Assembly: GCF_964355755.1 (NCBI RefSeq)
Contig: NC_092678.1
Coordinates: 7,146,422-7,210,421 of the forward strand
DNA from: Antedon mediterranea
Lineage: Eukaryota > Animalia > Echinodermata
DNA: 64,000 bases
Direction: 5' to 3'
Shown here: positions 39,101 to 52,744 of the stretch, in pieces
How positions within the stretch are numbered: position 1 is the stretch's first letter
Layout: each line of letters opens with the position of its first letter
Notes under the pieces: model-generated
What the model was told of the DNA's origin: nothing
What the model saw: only the letters and a program-made list of their open reading frames with translations
The model's database searches: none
Made by a program: the position numbers and the translations under genes

Positions 39101-42100
39101 CAAGCTTTAACGTCACACAGTGTGTTTTATAAAGCTCTTTACACTATCAAACTTTATGTGACAAAAAAGTGTAATGTGCCCATATATGGACTCAATGATG
39201 TCATACCACTAGAATATTTGAGCACATCATACTTTATTTTGTCAGACTAGTTTGATAGTGTAGAAAGAACTTAAAGTTACGTAAGACAGAATTTCGGTAA
39301 ATCGCGCGTAACTATTTTATTTTATTTATTTATTTGGAATTACACCTTTAGATCGGTGGCACACTTAGCACAAAGGTGCATCCTTCACAATATAAAATAT
39401 AACAATTAACAGAAAAGTAAAAAAAAAGGCAAAAGCAACTATCAACCCCTATCCTACCCCCCCCCCCCCCAATGATATAGACAGTTGGTACATACCTTCG
39501 GTACTGAATTTTAACACCTAATGAAAACCAGTATACTAATTAACTTAACTTATGAGCCTTAGCTTAGATAATTACATATTGACGATTACAACGAATTGCT
39601 CGAATGTGGTACAAACCGTCTGTGGTTGTTATAATTAGCCCTAGCCTAGCATATGATGGTTAACTTGTAATGGAGCATCTAAGAGGATTTAGCAAGTTAA
39701 ATATATATACAAAAATAAAGTATGCTTTGGGAATATTTATTGTATCAGAAAGAAAAGAAATATCAAATTCAGGCTTCTTTTGTTTGCTTCCTCGCCGCGA
39801 AACTGTGTCATTCCTACGCCCAAGTCAATGTTATGTGTTCGCTCTGGCCTTGCTGACCTATTATAATATAAAACAAATACTGGGCTTTCATCGGAGCACA
39901 ATACATATATTCCAAGGTGATCCGTAGACATACTATATCCTCAGACAAAGTCGGAGGATATAGTATTTCAGCCCAGTAAATATTTCTATACTATTTTACT
40001 TTAAAAAAAACGTTTTTTGCGTTATAGTGCTTGACGGTTATGAATGGAACATTTCATTCTCTTTTTCCAAGTGCCAATTCCCTTAGGCGTATGACTGGAA
40101 TTTAATTTTAATTCTCGTGGATCTGTAACTGCAGTTCGTTAACAAATTTTCAACTTTAGCTCAGTCCGGAGAGCGTCAGACTAAAGATATGAAGGCCCTG
40201 ATTCAATTCTAGCAGTTGCACTAGCTTGCGCATTTACTCTTCTTTAAACCATCAGCGATTTCGGTTTAGTTCCTTAAGCCCATAACTGTTTTAGATAAAA
40301 TTTTACGCAGATTTTGTTTGTTTAGAACCCTCAAAGTTTAAGACAATACCTTTGGTAGCAATCTGTAAAACTCCTCAGTTATATTCATGGTTCTCCCTGA
40401 TCCCAAGAATGTCACTGGTTGAGAAATGTTGACGTTCTTTTGAGTTAGAATGAGATCAGTATGTACGCTTTTCTTTATGTTGGATCTAAAAAAAAAGAAA
40501 AATAATAAGCATAGGCCTATTTGTATTCCTGTAAGTACGTACAAGACATTGCGTAATACATCATTACACGTGTTTCACATGTCTCGCCTTGTTTCTTACA
40601 ATAGGCCTAACATTCTTACCCTTAAAGGCCGGGTGCAGACAAAACATTTCTATTGATCATACATTCCAATAAATATCGATCTATAGTTTCCCCTATGTTT
40701 CATAATTTTAGGGATTTTATTTGTCGTACACAAGCTTGTTGAAAATAAGCACTTTCTTATCAGTGGAGAGATACACAAAATCTCTATTCTTTTGTACACA
40801 GATGTTGTAAAATAGAGAGGCATTTTACTATGAAAAATAAACAGTGTGGTAAAAAATGTTATGAGATGACTAAATATAGGTAATATAACTTGAATTTTAC
40901 GTTTCTAGTATTTTTAAAAATTTAAAAATTATTCTATCCACCATCTTTTTTCACCTTCTAGGGAATTCCAGAAATGTAATTACACTAGGTTAAAGTACCT
41001 AACTACTGAAAAAGGGTTTTTATAGCAGAAGTTTGCCAATTTATGTATTTGACCATTTTAAGGGAAATTCATGTTTTTTCGTCTTGATTTCTATTACAAA
41101 TATTTAATTTGTGTACAATTAACCAGATATTATATTTAAAATTCATGCCTGTACCTGAGCTTTAACTACTTAACATCCAAAATAGTATTTGGATGGAAAC
41201 TACAACTCATGGATTAACTACTTTTGTTACCTTAGTTCTTTTAAATTCGACATGTTTTTCTTCCACGGTGCCAAGAGTATGGTTGAAATGTCGAGTGTAC
41301 TTTCAGTGTTGGTTGACATATTTGCGAGATACTTAAATCCCGACTTAAATGTATCCTTTTGAACCGTTATCTGGTCGTTGTCTGGTTTCTTACTGGGTTT
41401 CTTACTGGGTAAAGGAGAATAAAACCCTTGCTGCATATCTTTCACATTTTTATTGTTCAACCTATGGAAATGAATAGTAAAAATCAATATTGTGGACCTG
41501 TTGCTGTCAGGGCGTTTAACGTCGCCAGACGAGACGATGCCGTTCGACTACATCACCGTCCCGAAACAAACGCATGTCGTGTTTTGGCCTCCTCTGTCCG
41601 AATTATTTAAAAAAAAACTAAATAATTATTTTTGTTTGTCAAACTTTAATAAAACAACAAAATGGTGTATTTTTACAACTTTACGTAAAAATAAAAAACT
41701 TAAAAATTAATAACAAACACTGTACTACGGGTAAAGACCCGTTTATATAAAAAAAAAAAAAAAAAAAGAGGAAGAAAAACAGGAAGGGTTTCATTTCCAC
41801 TGCGAGTGGTTAAGGCAGGGGCGCCGTTCCAACAATATCGGCATGGGTTCGAGGCCGACTCGCTTCTAGTTCTGGTGGTGGACAGGATAAGGACTATACA
41901 ACCCGTTAGAACCTAGTTCATCATTCGAGAAGAGTAGGGAGTTACCCCGGTGAACTGCTTCACAAAATAGCCCCTATTATGTATGGAGGATACCACCTTT
42001 CCTATAGGACACCGATTAATTTACTATTGGTAATTCTTGGCTAAAGACATCAAATAAAATAATACTAAATAAATAAAACTGATAAAAAAATTGGTGAGAA

Positions 42101-42291
42101 GGCCCGTCATTTAACGATGATTGTGTTTAGGACTAGATTTTTCAGAGAAGCGATGAACGAACCCGATATTGTAAATTCATTATCTGGTCACCAATATATT
42201 TATTTCAAAAAGAAAACTGTTCTTACCATAGATATGCTGTAAGCGTCCAAGACAGTCCAAGTGTGAGCCAAAGTAACTGAACTGACATCAT
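33140..42291 (-). CDS. ST8SIA: ST8Sia-like alpha-2,8-sialyltransferase (GT29), paralogue C, complete, 368 aa
   Basis: Exons 42227-42291 ([22 protein letters not shown]), 41231-41461, 40350-40485, 38290-38402, 37907-37996, 34040-34281 and 33140-33369 total 1107 nt in one open frame. Motifs: L ([33 protein letters not shown]...DAGSKT...NPS), S ([26 protein letters not shown]), III (YHYFE), VS (HAFNQEF), and C-terminal [10 protein letters not shown]. Confidence 0.93.
35158..36755. mobile_element. Second copy of the CAGG-terminus, 5-bp TSD element, in intron 5 of gene C
   Basis: AGATA|CAGGCCCGTAGCCAGG...CCTGGCTACGGCCCTG|AGATA; the first ~200 bp match 30474-30655. Confidence 0.78.
40151..40219 (+). 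pseudogene. Degenerate tRNA-Phe-like sequence
   Basis: TAGCTCAGTCCGGAGAGCGTCAGACTAAAGATATGAAGGCCCTGATTCAATTC resembles eukaryotic tRNA-Phe; the anticodon and T-arm are mutated. Confidence 0.55.
41800..42065 (+). mobile_element. tRNA-headed SINE (Deu/Nin-domain-like) in intron 1 of gene C
   Basis: A box GCGAGTGGTTAAG, B box GGTTCGAGGCC, core GGATAAGGACTATA...CGAAGAGTAGGGAGTTACCCCGGTG, and a TAAA-rich tail. Relatives at ~10735-10810 and 52745. Confidence 0.65.
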
Positions 42292-42449
42292 AGTTTTTAT
42301 AGTTTTTCCTAATAATGCAAAATTTATAAGGATATGTTTTTTTTTTCAAAATTAAGGCGAAGCATTTTAAGACATTCAATTTCATGTAGTCATCTAGATA
42401 CGTCAGACTGGCGATTCGTTATAGCGACAGTTACAATCAACGAGGCGAG

Positions 42450-42492
<43 letters not shown>

Positions 42493-44270
42493 TGGGATGG
42501 GAAGATCGCGTCGTGTGCGTCGCTGCTTCCGTTCGTTTTTTTTTTTTCGTACGTGAGAAGATTTTTTTTTTCGTAAACAAGAAAATTAAAAAAGTAACTA
42601 TTATTACATGATCGTTAAATAGTATATTATTACTATTATTATTATTACTAATAATACTATTGCACGCCATGTGATCCGCAACCATTCAATTAAATTACAG
42701 GAAGTGAACAAAGTCACATATAGCTAGGGCCTACTGCTAGTTTTTATATCAAATCATTTTTTAACGTTAAAACATATACAAGAATGTACATAAAACGCCA
42801 GTTTACATTCAGTTTAACTGAGCGTTGTAAGGTAACATTTTAAAAAAGTACGACTGACTACAAGTACACCAAAATATATAAAAAGCACTGGCTCAAGATA
42901 TTTAATACTATTAAAACGTTTTAAAAAATATTATTGAATATTATAAAATATTTTACAACAATTGTGTACGTAGCTTGCTGGTGTGTCATTTGTTTCTTCT
43001 GTATTAGTTTCAGCTTTCTTACTGTCTTTATTATACTATGTAGCCTTTGCGAGTCATAAGTCACTAGTACTAAGCAGTTTCTAAACAAGATCCTATGTAA
43101 TGGCATCCATAATAATATCTAGCCTATATTCCTCAAATGTCCTATTGTAGGATTTATCAATATCTGTTTCCTCAAACGGAGTCGTTAACGCTATGAGTTT
43201 AACTTCGTTTTTATTAACACTATTTTTTTATATCGACAAAAGGATCCACAAATATTTATGTTATACTGATTCCCTATTGGATATCGTCCTTCACCTTGAT
43301 AAAAATCAGAGTTTTCAGAAGAGACGTATACATTATGAGTTAATTAAAATACAATGTTCATATCAAATTATATAGGAGTACATAATATAATATGGCAAGT
43401 AGTTCTTTTGTGAGCAGGTGATATTGTGCTATTAGCTAATAGAACAATGTTGCATTGATTGGAAAATACATTTTAAACCAATTAAATCAAATGTAGGCCT
43501 ACTGTTGTAGGTAAGAAAATAGATAAACACAAATTACGGAAATTAGGAGACCAGTCGATAACTGAGTGTGGAACATATAAATATCTAGAGCCCCTTTCTC
43601 ACAGATGTGCCTGCAATATACCGGTACAGTGCTGGCGTCGTGCCGGTATCGTTACCGGCATATACCCATTCTCATCGGACTATCGTGCCGGAAATATAAC
43701 CGGTATATACCGGCTTTCTGTGAGAAAGGAGTCGGGCATATTCGGCCAATAAAAAGTCTCTGACAAAATAATTATTGAGGGCGTCCTTTATTGTTATTAT
43801 TTTTGTCTAGCGATGATATGGCGGCGAATGTTAAGTTACAGATTATTATCTTCCTTTATAGCATATTTATGCAATACATGCTATGTACAGTATATTGTGC
43901 ATATATTATACAGGTAAAGCAATTAATTTGCCGTCATCGGCAATCTGTAAAACACCTTAGAAGGCTGTAGGCCTACAATCAAGGCGACGAAAGGTCAGGC
44001 ACCAACAAACAAAGAGCTAATGGCCTAGCCTAAAGCGGCCTATATAGATTATGCTACAAATTTCTTCTTGTCCCCTTATTTTAAGCAGCTCTCTTATCTC
44101 ATTATCCCTCCAGTTCGACATTATTATTGTTAATTGAATTGAATAGGCGCCAAAGTGATACACTTGACTGCGCAAGGTGTCAAAACCTCAACGGGGAACC
44201 CCGGAATATAACGGCGATACGTTCTCACAGAATGCCCGTCTGGCATTGCGGGGAATATCCCTAGAATATT

Positions 44271-45140
44271 GGCGCTAGTTCCGTTTCGCACCTGTCATTT
44301 ATTTCGACTCAAAATGTGTTAAGAAACTTTATCGTGAGTACCACACCTTAGAATTAGGCCTAAAAAATACTTTTACGAAGGAGATCACACAAAAAGTAAA
44401 AAATAAATGCTTTAAATTGATGAATTTACAGACGTGTTTCTCGCACATCGGTTCCATACGCCATGTTCAATGTTGTAGTTTTTATGGAGCGCCAAAAGAG
44501 CAATCATAATAGAGGGCTAAAAACTCAATATAATGCGTATATTTAATGCATTTATTGGTGAAAATTACGTTCAATTTTAATATATTTTGTCAATGTCAAT
44601 GCAAAAAAAAATGTTACTGTTGATACTGTACATGGTTTTCGCAGTTTTCGTTAACTTTTAAGAATGAAAATCGACAAATTCATCATCATATTACATGTAC
44701 TGTAGTTTTTATACCTCAATGATCTAAATAATATTCCTCTTAGTCTTAGGCCTAGGCTAGGTAGTGATGCTGATTTAGGCCTAGGGTTTTGTTGCATTGA
44801 CATTGACAAAATACAGTATATTAAAATTGAACGTAATTTTCACCAATAAATGCATTAAATATACGCATTATATTGAGTTTTTAGCCCTCTATTATGATTG
44901 CTCCTTTGGCGCTCCATAGAAACAACAACATTGAACATGGCGTATGCGAAATTGATGAACCGATGTGCGAGAAACACGTCTGTAAATTCATCAATTTAAA
45001 GCATTTATTTTTTACTTTTTGTGTGATCTCCTTCGTAAAACTATTTTTGAGGCCTAATTCTAAGGTGTGGTACTCACGATAAAGTTTTTTAACACATTTT
45101 GAGTCGAAATAAATGACAGGTGCGAAACGGAACTAGCGCC
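44271..45140. mobile_element. Foldback MITE with ~335-bp arms and 8-bp TSD (Merlin-like)
   Basis: AGAATATT|GGCGCTAGTTCCGTTTCGCACCTGTC...GACAGGTGCGAAACGGAACTAGCGCC|AGAATATT. Confidence 0.8.
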
Positions 45141-46218
45141 AGAATATTACTAGGTCTAAAGCAGGTCATGTCGATGCCGGCATGGTGCCGGCACGATGCC
45201 AAGACGACCCGTTCTCACAGAAAACCATACCGGCATGGTAATGGTATATTCCTGGCACACAACTCTGTGAGTATATCAAGAGGTGCAAAGACCATGGCCA
45301 TGTAGAATATGTTATACAAAAATGTAAGTGATATTTCCTATAAAAAATATAGGCTGTGTACTGTACATGACACAAAATAGCACTATGTTATGTATATAGT
45401 GATACCCTACTATACCATCAGTAAGATGAACTCGTCGTCAGGGTTACAGGCGCTAAAACATGGAATAACCTAGCAACTGAAATTAAATATTCCCCAACAA
45501 TTGCTTTATTCAAAGCTACATATCGATCTCATTTTGTTTTTAAATCTAGTTATTTATACCAATGATACTTTTGGCGACTACTAGTTTCGAAATGTATGAC
45601 CACATGAATCAATGTGTTTTGCCATCTTTTTTTTATAAAAGCGTGTTTTATTTTTATTTTTGTCGTCGTTTGGTGAATAGTTCTATCAATGGATAGTTTA
45701 GTGGCGAGAACGAGCTTGGTTGATGTATAATATCAACAGGTACAAACATCTCTTATTTAACACTAATAGAGGTAACGTCATTCAGTTGGTAGAAAGATAT
45801 ACAGTATAATTCTGGTTGGAAATTAAAAGTAAATTTAAAGTAATAAATTATAGTCACAGCACACGTACTTTCTTTTAACTAAGGATGTGGTATATAAATG
45901 TGGGTAGATTTCAGAGTAACAGAAGTGTTAGGATGAATGGTATATTGTTTTTACAGGTAATTAAAAAGTGAATGTTAGCTGCAACAGTTGTGACCCCGGG
46001 TTAGCAGGGGCGGTCGCAGGACTATTTAAAGAGGGTTGCCCAAAGACTACAGGGATGTAGACACTGAGAATTTGAGTAAGCAAATTATTAAATGACACCC
46101 CTAGATGGCCGCAAATGGTATTCTCGCACGTAAAATTCATGATAAATTGCACCTATAGTTCGCCGGAAATGTCACTCACTCTATAGTGCGCTAGCAAACA
46201 GAGGATTGTAGCCTATAT

Positions 46219-46414
46219 CAGGGAGTTGTTATTACTCTTGCACTGATAAAGAGGAGGATTATTTTTGTAGCGTTCCATTTAAAAACAAATTTTGTTACAA
46301 AGAAATATTTTGGTTGTGAAAGTCGTTAAATTCGTTGTCGCCAGCGTTACTTCTTTTAGCAATTTTAACAATTAAGCTAACATCAACAATGATAAAATGC
46401 CCTACAACTCCCTG
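46219..46414. mobile_element. P-like mini element (CAGGGAGTTG TIR, 7-bp TSD)
   Basis: CCTATAT|CAGGGAGTTG...CAACTCCCTG|CCTATAT. Confidence 0.65.
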
Positions 46415-47302
46415 CCTATATTATTCCGCCGGTAATAAAACATACGCGACTAACAACAAGTTCATTTTGGATTTTCAGTAAATTACCAATGGTTTATTTA
46501 AGGTCAACACTGTAACTAATCCCTCACTATTCAATCAAAATGTTATTATTATACTATTGTAGGCCTACTATAAGAATGTAGTGCGTGATATGGAAATGGA
46601 TTGATAGTAAAACGTAACAAAGATACGTTCTTGTCTGGTTATTAGGTATATTCTTGCACTGATAAAGAGGAGGATTATTTTTGTAGCGTTCCATTTAAAA
46701 ACAAATTTTGTTACAAAGAAATATTTTGGTTGTGAAAGTCGTTAAATTCGTTGCCGCCAGCGTTACTTCTTTTAGCAATTTTAACAATTAAGCTAACATC
46801 AACAATGATAAAATGCCCTACAACTCTGTAAGTGTACCGCTATAATTCTCTGTTACTACGAACATTCGGAAAACAAAACTATACGCAAAATTATGATTTG
46901 GCCTGAAAAAACGCAATAATTATGAACAAATCAACGATCCATATGACGGGTTTTTCCCGAACACAGTTTTAGACGGAGTTTTGTCTTAATATTAGTAAAA
47001 ATATAAATATTTTTGCACATATGGCGTTTCATACGTGTATTACTTGAGTTTGGATACTTTCAGACAAAAATCAAAACGACGACGTGTGGAATGACATAAA
47101 AAAGACAATTATACAGACTTGGAGTAAGTCTAGAACACAGTTTGTGTTGGCCTCGTTTCGTACCTCTCAATCATCAGGAGCACAACAAGCAACTAGCCAA
47201 TCAGAAACGTATCTATCTGCGCGGTATAGTTGGCCTATTGGTGTCTGATGTGCATCTATATATAAATTTACGTAAGGGCAAAATTCGGTAAATCGCGCCT
47301 TA

Positions 47303-48757
47303 AGGCTGGTTTCCTGTCGACGTAAGAACATCACTTTTGTTGCGACTACGTCGATTTGTCGTAAGAAATGCGGATTTTACAGGAAACCGATTACGATAGA
47401 AAATTTATAAAATCGACGCAACGTAAGAAAAATGGTAACGACAAACGATTTTACAGGAAACCGATGACCCAACAATTGTTGCGTTACGACGTTTTCTTCC
47501 GATTTTACAGGAAACCGGGATTTTTTATCTTACGCTTGAATGAACGCCCTTGCGTCACGTTTCTTACGTCTCTTACGAAAGTTGACTTGAAGTCAACTTT
47601 CGCAAGAGACGTAAGCGCAATCGTAACAAGCAACCAATGAGCGACAAGAGTTATGACGTAATAAGTATGACCTTATAGTGAAATAAAGCCGGATAATATT
47701 AACATTTGTATGTATTTACTACTTTACGATGTTGTAGGCCAACATACTTTACAAATGCACAGTAGTTTCAATATAGGCCTAATAATGTTCTAATCAGGGA
47801 GTTTACAACTCATATCAAAATATAATACTCTTATTTATGGACGTGCAATAAACAATCAGCATTTCAAAGAAACCGACATTCTTCTGTCACGAAAAATTAA
47901 CATTTGCAACAAGATAAGATATAGAAAGCCCCTTTATAAGCAATATAATATTATTACGTAACTTTAAAAAAAACTGTTTGTTTGATTTTGTATAATTTAT
48001 ATTGTTTTGTTAAATTTATTCTTATTATAGGCCTGTAAATAATGGGTATCTTACTGCGGTAGTACTATCTCATGCTCGTTTAGATATGCCTGGGCCCATA
48101 GGCCATGGCCTAGGGCCTAGCATGGAACTATAATATAGTAGTTCCATGTGTAGGTCTAATAATAATAGGAATCCCAAAATGATGTTTTTTTTAATGTTGA
48201 AAACTATTTAAGGCTATAGGCGGCCTAGAGGGCCAGGATAATTAATTCATATTTGTATTCATACACTAGTACATAGGCCTACTTAGCCTAGGCTAGTTTG
48301 ATTAGATTTTGGTCAAATCAATTCATATTATTAGTACAGTATTAATTAAGTATTATTACTAATACTAGGGCCTAGCCTATCTACTGGAAATTATATGTTG
48401 GTGTGCTGCACTGACCTGAGTAGCTACAGGTACAATAACAACATTTAGCGCGAAAAAGGATAAAACCCGCTCTAAAAAAAGAAACACCAATCACAGATGT
48501 TGTTTCAAATACGTCATAAATCTGACCGACGTAAGAAAAAAATTTCAACTTAAGCATACGACGTTTGTTTCACAGCCAAAATTTCAACTTTTGGGACTCA
48601 GCAGCATAACTACAGATGTTTCTTTGCGGGCCGACACGATATTCACTAACGTCAACGACGTCATTTTTTTCTCAACTTTCGTAAGAGACGTAAGAAACGT
48701 ATGAAACGCAAGAATCGTTGGAAAATTCGACTTCTTACGTCGACAGGAAACCAGCCT
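47303..48757. mobile_element. PIF/Harbinger-like non-autonomous element
   Basis: TTA|AGGCTGGTTTCCTGTCGACGTAAGAA...TTCTTACGTCGACAGGAAACCAGCCT|TTA. It interrupts an older repeat that is an inverted homologue of ~12240-12690. Confidence 0.8.
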
Positions 48758-51700
48758 TTACTTTTCGAATTTGTACTCGATGGTATATAAAGTTGGTTCG
48801 TACTTTCGGTACTGATTTTAACCACCTGATGTAACCCTGTTTACTAATTAAATTAAGTTAGATAATTAGTTATTGACGATTAAAACGAATTTAGGTTCAA
48901 CGATTTGCCCCAAATAGGGGTGTTTTCCGATCGTGGTATACACTGTCTAATGGATGTCCGTCTTGAAAAATACCCGCCACAAAAATGCGAGGAGGCTTCG
49001 CATTTTCCTATCTCCTCCTACGATAATTGTTTTTAATGGCTGAAAACCGGTTCAACAGCTAGAGTACACCATCATAATGTTGAAGACCGGCCGATTTTCT
49101 TTAAAAAATACTATTTTGATAGATTTAATATACGATATACAAATCTATTGATTTGCGATGAATGGAACATCCCAATCTCTCAGTCTGCCAGAGTTTGGTT
49201 TAACACAAGTACTGTAGGTAAATTTATGAGCCCTTGGTTTAACACATACGGTAGGTAAATATATGGGCCCTTTGAGAATAAACTTGCGAGATTGTGGATA
49301 GGCTCTACTGTTAGATATATAAACACATTATTATATACAAATAAACTTTATACTGACAGTTCTTTCTCAACGTTTGTATTAATTAATGATTACCAAATAT
49401 AAACGTCGTAGTTGTGTATCGTGACATGGTACTTTAATATTTCAATCGATTATGACAGTGACAGTGTTAACTAAACTAAATAAAGAATGTTCTCTAATAT
49501 AATTAGGAATCTCTTGCCATACACGGGGAAAATTAGGGTACAATTAATATTTAAAAGAAATAAATAAATAAATAAAATAAAAAAAGTATTAAATCGCAAA
49601 TGTTTTACTGTATTTAGAGGTATATTATTTATAGGCCTATAAAACATGAAAAAAATATTTCGTTACTGAGTGGATAAAGAATAATAATATTTAAAAATTG
49701 TTCCTCTTTGTACCTATCCGCTTTCCCATCCCTCAACCCTAATGTTACATACAAAACACAAATTGGGTTTCTTTAAATGAGTCAAAATCAAAAACTTGAT
49801 TTTGTGATAAGTTTCTCCTTCGGAAGTAATTCCCAGGGTGCTAATTTTAGTTGACTACATAAATCATCGTGTCTATTTATTCGTTTCTGTAAACGACAAT
49901 GTATATAGTCCTGCGGTACGTACATTTGAAATGGCCAGTTTTGTTACGCTGAAATTACTGTGTATTCGAGAACCATCTGTGGGCACGACAGTTCTGCTAA
50001 TTTACAAATATTCTCTTCCAGACTGGAGTTCTATAACGTATAAATAATATGGATATTGTATACGATGACATTTTAATTTAGTGGCAAAACAACATTTAGT
50101 ATGAAATTAAGGGTGTTGCTCGGGCCACTAGGGCAACACCCCTGGGTCCGCCCCTGTCAAACTATAACTAATCCCTTACTCAACTGCATCACATAAAATA
50201 TAATAACGTACGTTCTAGTGTGATGACAGCGGAGTCTATTTTTAGTGTACCATTTGAATTTGAAGACACATATTGAAGTTGTGTTCACAAGGCTGGCATT
50301 TCTATTCTCTGATTATAAAAGGAGGGAGAGTATAAATGTTTGAATTCAATTGAATTGAATAATGTGTTTCACGGTCTGTAGCTGACGCGTTATGCACCCA
50401 TTGTACCTATCGGACTATTATTCGATATTATCAGAAATCTATTGACAACTTATAATTCCTCTAAACGTGGTATATGAGTTACAGTATATTTTATTTTGTG
50501 ATGATCTAATGGCAATTGTGAACCTATATTATGTGATGTATATTTTTATATAACTTTTGTCTATTTTTTAAATGCTTTAACTTTTTATATATAAAATACT
50601 CAAAATAAGAAAAAAAAAAAAAACTGCAGAGATAGTTTTCTACTGATACAAAATTGATATAGATTACTGTAACAATTGTAAAGAATGAAATAAAAGTGAG
50701 TGAATCTCACAAAAGACAAAAAAAAAAAATAATATGGATATTGTATACGATGAAATTTTAATTTAGTGGCAAAACAACATTAGTATGAATAAGGGGTAGT
50801 TGTCCTAAGGGGGTAGTTGTCCAGGTGGTGGTTGTCCGGGGGCCGGGGTAGTTTTCCGGGGGGTAAATGTCCAGGGGGTGAATATCCGGATACGAATTAA
50901 GGGTGTTGTTATTTCGACAATCCACACAAAACGCCGCTATTCTTGTATGATATCCCACGCGGCAACCACAGCGGAGATTAGGCCTAGAATCGTACCGCAC
51001 TCTAAGTAAATTGAAAAAAAAAGGTGGGGGGAGGAGGGGGGTTGGTGGGTCTTTCGTAATAACCTGTGTTTAGTCAGGTGATTTTATTTAATACACTTTT
51101 CTATATCTTGTTTTGTATTTATTTGTGTAAAGTAATGATCTACTGTATGTATCGATGTAAATTGGGGTGGGGGGAAGGGGGGGGGGGGTAGGATAGGGGT
51201 TGATAGTTGCTTTTGCCTTTTTTAACTTTTCTGTTAATTGTTATATTTTATATTTTGAAGGATGCACCTTTGTGCTAAGTGTGCCACCGATCTAAAGGTG
51301 TAATTCCAAATAAATAATCTAATCTTGTGTAATCACTTCTTGTTGCTATAGGCCTACGCTTGGGTGCACACGGAACAAGAAAATGTAACTGATGTTTATT
51401 TTGTGACGTTTCATGAGGGGTCCCCAACTTATGTACGAAAAAAAAAATCGCGCCCGGGCCACTAGGGCAACACCCCTGGGTCCGCCCCTGGTCAGATACC
51501 GTCGCGTACGATGTGTGTTTTCCTCGTGGTTTTGACAGTCGAACGAAAAAGTGAACATGTATGTGGATGAATGAAATCACAAGATATGTTATTCAGTTGT
51601 GGGGGGGGGGGGAGAGAAAGTACGGGGAAGGATGGCAGGCAATAGAAAAGATTCACAGATAATAAATAAGAGCATTTTTGCGAAAGTAAAAAAGGAATTT

Positions 51701-52744
51701 GGGGTGGAGTTCCGGGGACTACCCAAGCTAAACAATTTGAGGCGTTAAAGACCCCTTCCCTGCGATTTTGGACGTTTTTTGGAAAATAATACATATATAT
51801 CACTTTAAAAACATTAAACCATGTCATTCCTTGTCTTAAATGTACGTTTTATGGTAAATTATGATAAAAAGTGAGAAACAATGCACTACCTAAGTAGCTC
51901 GCGGCGATCGACCTCTCGTGGACGGTCTTAGGCCTAGCCTAGCTAGGCTTAGTTTTGTAGGCCTAGCTGGTAAACATCGGTAACGTACGAACATCGCACG
52001 CTACCTATATACCTAGCCTGACATTGTATAGTTGCTGCATTAATTGTCTTTCTATTTTTGCCAGACTCCGTTGATACAAATTGGGGAAAACCCGGTATTT
52101 TCGCTGAAAAGTTAGGAGTCTTCCATTTGTTTTGGCCTCACGATCGATCGAAAAGTGGGCGAATTACAGGTGAAAAACAAAAATATCAATGCGCGCGCAA
52201 TGCATTTTGGGATTTATAGCGGGCCGCTATAATTATTAGAATCGACTTATTTTTCACATTTTTAACCGTTTAAAGACGAAAAAAGTTATCGCAATAGGAT
52301 CATATGGTATTATTTTTACATTAAATATAGTTTGTGATCTTAAATTAGATCTAAAAAACGTAGGGAATGGGGCTTTAATACATGCTCGCGAAGGGTATAT
52401 GGTCCTATAAACACCAAAACTTAAACGGAAACAAAAGGGACTCAGAATGTTGCAAATACCTACCAAACGAGAATAGATAATGGTTAAATAATTCTGAAAA
52501 CCCAAATTTTATAGCAAAAATCATCCAAATTTATGTTATAAACGATGAATTTAGCAACAAAAACTGAATCCAAACTAGCGTATTTATGGCACGCCCTTAG
52601 TGCCTTTAATAGGAGAACAATGAACAATCTTACTTTGATCGTTTTACATAATATAATTTTTTAGAAAAACATCACATCGACCGAAAACAAAGGTAATCAG
52701 AGGCTTTGCTAATATATTAAATATGATTTTATTAAGCATAGAGT

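Noticed and set aside
40151-40219. Functional tRNA gene
   Set aside because: Mutated B box and anticodon with broken stems; treated as a pseudogene.
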